From Octopus sinensis (lineage: Eukaryota): a stretch of 17,758 nucleotides of DNA. The stretch covers positions 1-17,758 of the forward strand of contig NW_021824640.1 in assembly GCF_006345805.1 (NCBI RefSeq), read 5' to 3'. The stretch's first letter is position 1. Each line of letters begins with the position of its first letter. Under the pieces are notes generated by a model. That model was not told the DNA's origin. It saw nothing but the letters and a program-made list of their open reading frames with translations, and did no database searches. The position numbers and the translations under genes are program-made. This document shows, in pieces, positions 8,123 to 17,100 of this stretch.

Positions 8123-9789
8123 TGGGCTAACTGCAATTTCTCATGGAAGTAGTGCCGTCTGTTTAACACTCTTAACGTATGAACATAACCGTGAAGGCCA
8201 GTTTCCCCTCTATAACGCAGGATCATGTAGCTAAGAGAGGACCATATTATTGTTGACGATTGGCTTTCGATTTTGGCATTTATCGATCAGCTGAATCACT
8301 AATAAACTTCGTGGAAGGTAAGAATGAATGTCTCAACCTCATATATTTTTTCTTTCACCAAAATGAGCGCTGTCCAATTTATGGACCAAATTCTTGGCCG
8401 CAGTACATCTATATACCACATAATAAGTCGCAGTAAAAATCCGAGACGGTCACCAAGATAGAATCTGTTGCTGTTGAAATGTGTGGTAAAATGTAAATAA
8501 GGTTTGTTGTGAAGCATAATTTATTTACTAAAACATCGGCATGACAGCCACAACACAATATTTACTGCAACCAAATCTGAAGAATTTTTTCTGAAAAAAA
8601 TTATCAAATATTAAGGCATTAACATTTTCGATACTTGATACTTTTTTAAAAATCATATATTCAAATATGAGGTACATTCACCTCAAGAATTTGCCAATTC
8701 CGTCATCCTTCACCACAAGGCATGGAAATATGCTTCGTTTTAAATTTCCAGCACTTCATGTTGGAAGCGGCCATAATGAATTTTTTTGTGTGAAAGTCAT
8801 AAAAATTTCACTTAATTTTTTATTAAAAATTTGCAATATTCTTGATGTGAACTCATGTGTTGAAACATATTTCGTTGTATTTCGGGAGGGTCATTACTCC
8901 AATAATAACATATGTACTGTTTCTATTTCATTTCTTTGCATTTTTTTTAATTACTTAACCAGTTAACTAATTGATTGTTTGATTAATCGCTTTGCCAATC
9001 AATCAACCAACAAGGTTTCTCAACGTCCCTTCGTCGCCATTCGTGACCTCATTATTGACGTGCTTTTTCAAGGCTGTTTCTTTATTAACCAACTCGTACT
9101 GATCTATGGGCAGTGTTGTAAAGGTTAAGTCGGCGACCTTCGGGTAACTGTGATGCAAGATTAATGATGGGCGATGTATATTAAAGATACATATGTGTTC
9201 GAATCTAATCTTTTCTTTTTCTCATCAAAGATTTTCCACAATTCCTCATCAGTCCTTTAGTCTAGTTTAGTTTGAAAAAATAATCTTCTTAAACATCAAC
9301 GTCTCAATGCACTCTCGCTCACATCCTCTGAGTGGTGAAAGTGGTGTTGCCGTGATTTGCATTCGCTAGTAAGTGATCATCAGAACTTATAAAGTTGTAG
9401 TCGTTGGGTTTAAACTTGTTTAATGGTTATCTTATCATATTTCGTATTTCATATGTTTGTTTCTGTATATAGTTTTCGTTTGTATTTTGATATTTATAAA
9501 GCTTCCATACTAAATGTTTTAATTTTCTCTGGAAATACTAAAATATACACTATAATGAAATTTGTAAGGGTTCCATTTGATCGGCTAAATCCACAAATAT
9601 GGTGCCTTAAGTATGGCCCCAAAACAATGACTGAAAGCAGGATAAATTTTTTAAAATATTTGTTTAAAGGTAAAATGTGTCATTCATTAAAATGGTTCCA
9701 AATTTGGGAACCCTTGTCATAAACATCGTCACACAATCAGGTACTGGTTGTTCATGGCATTTATAACTTTGAAACGGAGGACCGACAGG

Positions 9790-10050
9790 CTGCCTCTTCA
9801 TCTACCCTACTGTCTTTTTACGGGCTCCGCTTGGTACCATGATATTCTTCTGATAGCATATTCCTCCATTTATTATCACCTATTCCCACCTGTCTGGAAA
9901 GATGTTTCTGGTATATTTTGCGATGCTGAAAATGTTTCTTTATTATGTCTTAGATAGATGAAGATGAAAGGTATCCATTCTGTTTTGTTATATGGAGCGG
10001 AAGACAGGAAGAAAATACGACGTGTGTGGGAGACACACTGGAAGAATCTA
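9790..10050 (+). mobile_element. Decayed RTE-type LINE fragment (post-RT region)
   Basis: Same frame: VWKDVSGIFCD (cf. W..SGVLCD; SGIFCD at 9907-9924), then one TAG, then HSVLLYGAE (cf. SVLLYGAETW; SVLLYGAE at 9979-10002). Confidence 0.55.
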
Positions 10051-10557
10051 CGAAATATATATAGATATATGTATATGCATACTCTCTCTCTAACATACAC
10101 ACACACAGACTCACAGAAGCACACACGCACACATACGCACAGAGACACACATGCATATATATATATATATTCAAATAAAGTCCTACTAATAGTTTCTTGC
10201 CATTGAGACACGTGGTTTGGCAGATTTATGTAATATGCCTTATGTCTCCAAGTATTCTTGAAGCTCTAGGCACATGATTTGAAGATAGAACTCTGGTACA
10301 TCAGAATCGACAAGAAAAACGAGAAAGAATAAGAGAGAATAAGAAGACAAATAGGGAATTAGAAGACAAAGAGTGGATAAAAACAGAAAAGAAAAGAAAA
10401 GAAATAGTGTTACGCCTAAAAGAAAGAAAATTAGTGTTACGCCTAACACTACGACTGTAGAAACATTAAACTAGCTGGTGTAGAATAATTCAACGGAAGG
10501 AATCCAAAATCTGGGGACAGTTGCTTAGTCTGGTATAAGTGGTGTCCTTCAATTCGT

Positions 10558-10880
10558 CAAAAGAAATTTGTCCATATGCTTGCATTTTCTGAAAATTTCG
10601 GATCTGAAATTAAGTAGTATGGTGGTATTCTCGGAGCTCTAAGGAATGTGAGATCTTTCACTTACGCATCAGTTGCATCTTAGATCCATTTACATATGGT
10701 TTAGATTTCTCCACGATTTTCCATTTGATTGTATATGGTGTGCAATTGGTCTTCAAACCCCGTATGTAGCTAGCAAACTTAATGATTTTACTTTTGTTGA
10801 TGTGCCGGAAAGAAGACTGGTGGTTTGCTCAACATCTTTTAAAATTGCCGTCGCAATAGACGTAATTCTTCTTTTCAAAT
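10558..10880 (-). mobile_element. Penelope-like element relic, GIY-YIG endonuclease C-terminal part
   Basis: Translates to ..GNFKRC*ANHQSSFRHINK...YTIKWKIVEKSKPYVNGSK / RCN*CVSERSHI / LLNFRSEIFRKCKHMDKFLL, matching the typical PLE C-terminus (FK.RY.NH..SF, IKW.I, C.LC..E, LLN.RSE...KC.H). Confidence 0.8.
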
Positions 10881-10920
10881 ACGTTATCTTGAAGCGATGC
10901 TGTGACGACAGAGTTTATCA

Positions 10921-11289
10921 TCTCTCTATATATAAACGGCAAAATGTCTGTCTGTGTGTGTATCCTTTATACAAATCCACAATTTTTCAGTTAGAGGACT
11001 CGCACTTTCTATGGTCATTCAAAACCGTCCAAGAGTGGTCGTGCACATCTTTACATTTCCCCAGTTACCCCGCAAAGCCATTAAAAAAATCAATAGAAGT
11101 GACATTTTTGTGAATTTTCTATCCAAAACCCAATCAAAATGCCCGAAACTTGATACGCCAATTGAATGCCAGCTAGCTGTATATGATTGGTCGGAAATTT
11201 GGACAGTACTCGCGTGTATGTGCTTACGCACGCAGCTGTATATGCATGCACTAGCACTATGACCTGGCGTTGCCGGGTCATAGTGCTAG
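10921..11289 (+). mobile_element. Non-autonomous Helitron (369 bp)
   Basis: 5' A|TC-TCTCTATATATAAA..GTCTGTCTGTGTG start; 3' GC hairpin CCTGGC-GTT-GCCGGG shortly before a terminal CTAG; no TSD or TIR. The base after CTAG is A rather than the expected T. Confidence 0.72.
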
Positions 11290-11339
11290 AATAGTATAAA
11301 CTGTTGAGGCTGAAGCTTGCTCACTTGACCAGGTGCATC

Positions 11340-11596
11340 GGATAAACTCTGTTGTCCTTCATCAAGACACTTTATTTCACATTACTCCAGACCACTCAGC
11401 TGGCAAAAATGAGTAGTACCTGCATTTTAAAGGGCCGGCCTTGTCACACTCTGTGTTACACTGAATTTCCCTGAGAGCTACGATAAGGGTACGCATGTCT
11501 GTGGAGTGCTCATCCACTTGCACGTTAATTTCACGACCAGGCTGTTCTGTTGATTGGATCAACTAGAACCCACGTCCTTGTAACCGATGAAGTGCC

Positions 11597-11597
<1 letters not shown>
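11340..11597 (+). mobile_element. SINE-like element, family D (V/Meta-domain-like core; head decayed)
   Basis: gttgtccttcatcaagacactttatttcac...ccactcagctggcaaaaatgagtagtacctg resembles the ccttgagcaaggcactt / cagctgtaaatgggtacc cores of V/Meta-type SINEs. Single copy in the window; family call from memory. Confidence 0.6.
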
Positions 11598-11599
<2 letters not shown>

Positions 11600-11643
<44 letters not shown>

Positions 11644-11689
11644 CGGTGTGTGTGCGTGTGTATGTGGTGTGTGTGTGCTTGGTGTGGTG

Positions 11690-11754
<65 letters not shown>

Positions 11755-11765
11755 GTTATATATAA
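11600..11765. repeat. (TA)n-(GT)n-(TA)n microsatellite
   Basis: Visible. Confidence 0.95.
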
Positions 11766-11875
11766 GTAGGGAAAGTCGTCGACTGGCATTTGAACTCAGA
11801 ACGTAAAGTCAGAAGAAATGCGACTAAAGCGTTTTGTGTGACGAGCGAATAATTCTGGCAGTTTTCCGCCTCCAC
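11766..11875 (-). mobile_element. Degenerate 5' part of SINE family A
   Basis: Reverse complement ggaggcggaaaactgccagaa...tttacgttctgagttcaaatgcc. Confidence 0.6.
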
Positions 11876-12199
11876 CGCCGCTGCCAACAACAGCAATAAC
11901 AATACCAACAACAACAACAACAACAACAATAAAAATAATGGAAGGTAATAGAGTAGAAGCGAAGCTGTTATGCATTGGGATCAAACCTACCTGGAGGCAC
12001 GTGATCACAAAGCGAGACTCTTAACCATGTGTCAATAACTAATTGCAGATGTGTGCAATGTGCATTTGGAAAGTGACATTGTGTAGTTATAGCTTAGTGA
12101 TGCCTGTGTGTCTGCACAAATCTGTGTGTGTGTGTGTATGTATGTGGTAGATCTATACACTCGTTATTCACATTTACTTCTGTCATGGCCGCATTGGCT

Positions 12200-13250
12200 T
12201 TTATCGTCACTTGTCTCTGTTCAACCTGGAAATTGAGGCTTCTAAAAACTATACGGCTCAAATGAATGATCAAAAAGCAACAGAGGCCAATTGTATACAC
12301 TTTAACTGCTATATTCCGTTACTTTGTTGTCACTTATCTATATATTATGCGTTATCCAGGTTTCTCTCCTGTATTTAACGGAGTTCTATGAAGCCAACTT
12401 CCAATATATGTACCACATTACTGCCAATGAAGACAACGACAGAATTCGGTTGAAGACTAAAAGCAGTAAAACTGGAAGAATATAACTTCGACTTCTTTAA
12501 GTTGCGACTAAAGAAAAGTTTGGAATCGACTTTAGAACTTCTCTCTCTTCTTTCACCCATTAATGTCGCATATTTTTTATTGAAAATCTTTAAGTCTAAA
12601 ATGTTATTTTCTACTTTTAGTCGTTCCAACATCATCAGCAAAGGGGATTTCGGCAACGAGATTTCAAATTCCATAAAACGTTATTCCAGAAAAGATCTTT
12701 ATGCTGTATTATGAAGCTTTTTCCCCAATCGTTGTACACATCCCAAACGAAAAAATCACAAAAGTACTAAAACTAATGACATTCCCTTAAAACATTACAA
12801 CTTTATTCATTCTTTACTGTTTATCAATGTTACCTTTGATGCTTTCTAGTCACACCATTCTCTTTTCTTCTTCTCTTATAACCAATTTCCAATACGTGCA
12901 TCAAGCTAGAGCAAATGATAAAAGCTCTCCATCCCATTCTATGTGCAAAACTCCTCCTATCTCTCACACACATGTACAATTTGTGTTTACACTCCGGTTC
13001 CATCTTTCTTTCTTCTATCTGCTTTATTAACACTAAATCTCCCATCGATATTGGGTCCAGTGTGATGTTATGCCATCAGAATAAATCTTAATATCTGTTA
13101 ATTTGTTTGTTTTGTTGTGCAAGTGAATGGCCATTCAGCAGTCTGTGTATTTTCCAAGTAATTCACTGCCAGTTCTCGGAGTTACCAATCTTCCCTCGAC
13201 TAAGGTCTGGTGGAACACAAAACCGTCATTATATTCAGGTTTTGAGTTTA
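12200..13250 (-). mobile_element. Probable decayed L1-clade ORF2 (endonuclease C-terminal half and EN-RT linker)
   Basis: Weak but collinear remnants: TDC*MAIH (cf. D.WR..H), YWKL (cf. WKLN), KVVMF*GNVISFS (12804-12766; cf. K..LRG.IISYS). The 99-aa ORF 12674-12375 (LERLKVENNIL...SKLFFSRNLKK) resembles the L1 linker. Similarity judged by eye only. Confidence 0.38.
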
Positions 13251-13536
13251 TCTTTAACCACCACCCCACCACCACCACCACTGCCGCCGCCGTCGTCGCC
13301 GCTGCTGCTACCATCGGTGGGTACATCCAGGTTGGTGCACGTGAAGGGCTAGAGATGCTGGCATAAGAACAAACCAACGTGACGTAATCGGTCAATGCAT
13401 CCAAGTTTCGTTTTCGTTACAGCTTCTGTACAATGTCCGTGCCTGCATACGACGTTCTTAGAAGAAAGGGTCATGGATAATCATGGATCACTGCGAATGG
13501 TAAAGAGAGAGAATCTCTGCGGGGTGGGGCACTAGG

Positions 13537-13710
13537 TCTGCTAAAACTAGAAACCGAAAGGCCTTTCAATGATGCTACTATGATAAAGAAGGCTATGTTG
13601 AATATGAGGCACAAGGTAGCCCTCGTATATGAAATGGTTACGGCTAAAACCCCTCTGATTTTGGGTCTGCTTAATCAAGGCTGACTTGAGCCTAAGAACA
13701 ACAACAACAA
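13537..13710 (+). mobile_element. Degenerate copy of repeat family C with (CAA)n tail
   Basis: gggtctgcttaatcaaggctgacttgagcctaagaacaacaacaacaac aligns to the reverse complement of 6975-7030. Confidence 0.6.
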
Positions 13711-13999
13711 CATGGTAACAATCTAGGATGTGTTATCTGCATATAATTAACGATATGAGTCACGTGACTGATGTGGAGGAACTGTTTCAAGTGTGTCTTT
13801 TCTTCCTCCTCTGCCAAGAAGTCCTGAAATAGAAAAAAATGAAAGACGAGTTCAAAACTTCGAGCACCAAAAGAAGAAGAAGAACAACAACAATAATAAC
13901 AGAATAGCAAACTTAATTAAAAAATGTTTTTTAAAAAATTTCTTTTGTCTTCGTTTTAGTCATAAATTCTATCAAAATTGATCGAAGTTAATCAATCAA

Positions 14000-14590
14000 T
14001 CTATTATGTATAGACTAGTTCCCCTCCTTTAATTCTTCTTTACAACATATTCTCCCACCCCATTCCCACCCTGCTGCAAGTATTCCTTACCCCTCCATCC
14101 CCACCTTGTCTCAGTTCTTGTTTTCCTGAAACTTTCCTCCCACCTCCCCCTCTACCTCACACTAATTCTATTCCTATTCTTTCCCCTCTTCTCCCCCCCC
14201 CATACATTTCACTATTTTTCTTTCAGTAATTCTCCCCCCGCCCTCCCTTATATTCATATCGCTCTCCATTTCTCTTTTTACTTCCTGTTTTCTCAAAAGA
14301 CTGAATCAACGAAAATATGGAATAAGGCGGGATTGGGGTGTGCGAGTCATTTTACCATTTCTTCCTAATCCCGGTTGTTTTCCAAAAGAAATATTTCCTC
14401 ATCCCTGTCATACCCTCATCTACAAACAATACCATTCCACTTTCTTCAAATATTCCTTCTTTCCTTTCTTTCGTCTTTCCTTTCCCATATTTTTCTTATT
14501 TCATTCGTCTCATTCCCTCTCCATAAATTTCTTCCTTCCCAATATCCTTCTTCTTCCTCTTCCAACCTTCTCTCCTTTTCGTTCCTTGTT
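14000..14590. repeat. Long polypyrimidine low-complexity tract
   Basis: Strong C/T bias on +; source of the F/S/L/P-rich ORFs at 14338-14662. Confidence 0.85.
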
Positions 14591-14950
14591 TTTATTCTAA
14601 AAGAACCGGTATACTGGTCCTTGCCTTTTTACGCTGTACCTATTGTTAGCCAGGTAGACTGAGCTAACAAGGCCAGCCATTACAGTTATATAAATGTAGC
14701 TGGAACTACCAACCTGTTTGCAAGTGGCGACAAGAGGTTCTTCATGAACAGATCCAAAGAATTTGCTTTTGCATGTGACAAACCTGTTCTAAAGGCTTTC
14801 ACGATCAAAGCTTCCCCATACCAAAGTATGAAGAGTCTTGAGTTTTCATGCAAAACACACAGTCGTGCTTTCCCTTTGCCTTCTGCCACAGTTTATTCTG
14901 CCGGTCTTTTGCTCTCCCAAACTTACTCTTAACATACAGAATATATTTGA
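14590..14950 (-). mobile_element. Probable decayed L1-clade endonuclease N-terminus
   Basis: LYVKSKFGRAKDRQNKL (cf. LNVRG...KR), KHDCVFCMKTQ (14870-14838; cf. K.DIVFLQETH), WYGEAL, VSSVYLAN (14668-14645; cf. L.NVYAPN), YRFF. Correct order, but low identity. Confidence 0.35.
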
Positions 14951-15610
14951 CCCTAAGGCAGAGGGAGTGGTCCATGTGATATTAGAGCATGTTCACACAC
15001 CTGTGGGCTTCCTTGACATAAATCTAGGGCCCAGTTGACCTCCAAGTCTTGTATGCTTTAATCACAGAACAATTTTTGTGCTCTTTGACCAATAGTTCTT
15101 GCAAAGACAGGTAATACCATCCTAGATCGGAATGGAGCAGAGAGAAGCGGTTTTTAACATGAGACTCTTTACTCTTCCAAACTCCAGAGCAGCTCCTGCG
15201 CAACGACCTCTCTAACTGGATGCAGTTTAATGCTATCGAGTAAGAAATATATTTTTACTTTCTAACGGTGTTGAGAAGCAAGCATTGTCCCACAATCACG
15301 ACCACTATGAAGGATCTCTCGTTGAGCGATAGGAAATTAACGGAGGGAGGATATATATGTATAAATTCGTGAAACCAGAAGATGGACTGAACAGATTTTA
15401 TTCCTAATCACACAGTTGTTTCTGTGCAATTGAAACAGCTGTAAGTTTCTGAGTTTTCTATATTCTACTATTAAATGAAATATTATAAAAATAATTACAT
15501 AAATAAGATCTACCAGCAGCTGTGAACCGACACATCATCATAGTACTGGTCGATCATCACGTTCAATTGTTTTATAATACTCCATTGTGTGTGTGTGTGT
15601 GTGTGTGTGT

Positions 15611-15641
<31 letters not shown>

Positions 15642-15735
15642 AACTATGTATGAGTATATATATATGTGACCGCGTGTGTACCGTTGGCGATTTTTTCCCT
15701 CTGTCTTCCCTTCTTTGGATCTTTCCTTTCCCCAT

Positions 15736-15770
15736 GTTTCTGACGAAGAGCTCCGCTCAAAATGTTAAAC
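15736..15770 (+). ncRNA. Degenerate Penelope-type minimal hammerhead ribozyme motif
   Basis: GTTT-CTGACGA-A-GAGC tcc GCTC-AAAA-TG-TT-AAAC: core box CUGANGA, a 4-bp helix II and helix I GTTT/AAAC. The GAAA and CG positions are altered to AAAA and TG, both consistent with CpG decay. Confidence 0.55.
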
Positions 15771-16011
15771 CCTCCTTCTTTCTTTCTTTCCTGAGCGTCC
15801 AATAATACTATACTTGTTCCACGTCCTTGCGTTGTTGTGTTTTCATGTTTGGATTAACAATATATATATATATATATCAGCAGCCGTTGCGGCAAGACAC
15901 ATTTTCTCCCTCTCTAGCCCTAAGGATTTTTTTCTAACGCCAGCTCAAAAATTTACTCGTCTTGTCGAAAAGGCGCTTGTTTGTGACGTCCTGTTTTTGT
16001 TGTTATTATTA

Positions 16012-16095
16012 TTATCATTATTGTTTTTACGTATTTTTGTATTCTTATTCGTGTTATCATTATTGTTTTTACGTATTTTTGTATTTTTATTCGTG
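16012..16095. repeat. 42-bp tandem duplication (1 mismatch)
   Basis: ttatcattattgtttttacgtatttttgtatt(c/t)ttattcgtg at 16012-16053 and 16054-16095. Confidence 0.95.
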
Positions 16096-16344
16096 TAACA
16101 TCGTCCGGTTTTCCGTCCTTGTTTTGTATACATTCGAGGCTTTCTTCCAAGGAATCTAATGCGCTTGGCTTAGATTTTCCTTTGGGGCTGGCCAGATCGG
16201 AGCAATCTCAAGATTAATCAGCCGAAATTGCGAAGATGATCCGGTTCTTGACTGAAGATTGAAGGCTTCGAATGTCCCGTCCGTGTTTTTTGTATCGTCT
16301 TCTAAATGTTTCACGTTCTTGTCCCAGTTTGTATTTTTTACATT

Positions 16345-16399
16345 TACACACACACACACACACACACACACCACACACACACACATATATATATATACA

Positions 16400-16477
<78 letters not shown>
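16345..16477. repeat. (CA)n-(TA)n microsatellite
   Basis: Visible. Confidence 0.95.
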
Positions 16478-16479
<2 letters not shown>

Positions 16480-16883
16480 CGCAGGGAGTGGCTGTGTGGT
16501 AAGTGGCTTGCTTACCAACCACATGGTTCCGGGTCAGTCCCACTGCGTGGCATCTTGGGCAAGTGTCTTCTGCTATAGCCTCGGGCCAACCAGAGCCTTG
16601 TGAGTGGATTTGGTAGGCGGAAACTGAAAGAAGCCTGTCGTAAATATGTATATATATGTGTGTGTTTGTGTATGTTTGTGTGTCTGTGTTTGTCCCCCTA
16701 GCATTGCTTGACAACCAATGCTGGTGTGTTTACGTCCATGTAACTTAGCAGTTTGGTAAAAGAGACCGATAGAATAAGTACTAGGCTTACAAATAATAAA
16801 GTCCCCGGGTCGATTTGCTCGACTAAAGGCGATGCTTCAGCATGGCCGCAGTCAAATGACTGAAACAAGTAAAAGAATAAAGA
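16478..16883 (+). mobile_element. Full-length tRNA-derived SINE family B (CORE-like block, internal microsatellite)
   Basis: A-box-like TGGCTGTGTGGT, decayed B-box gggtcagtccc, CORE-like ggcatcttgggcaagtgtctt, internal TA/TG repeat, tail ...gcagtcaaatgactgaaacaagtaaaaga. Confidence 0.85.
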
Positions 16884-17100
16884 GATATATATGCATATGT
16901 GTGTTTATGTTTATTCGTGTCCCTTCTTTCCCACCAAACATTTCCCCTGGTACATACCCCTCTCCCTTCACTACACCCATCCCCCCTCTCTATATTTCTT
17001 CCTCTCTCGTTTCCCCTCTCTATATTCCCTACTTTTTTCTCTTTGTTCTCACTCATTCCCTCTCCCCACCTTCTATTCTTAGCCACTCCTCCTCCCTCTT

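Noticed and set aside
8299-8517. 72-aa minus ORF (RFYLGDRLGFLLRLIMW...)
   Set aside because: No recognisable homology, and no consistent splice model with the neighbouring candidate exon.
12620-12660. EIPFADDV on the minus strand, resembling the RT YADD motif
   Set aside because: Surrounded by stops, and the downstream residues do not fit RT domains 6-7; an alternative frame fits an L1 linker better.
16248-16282. CTGAAGA...GAATGTC as a second hammerhead
   Set aside because: It has GAAT rather than GAAA and no helix I pairing.
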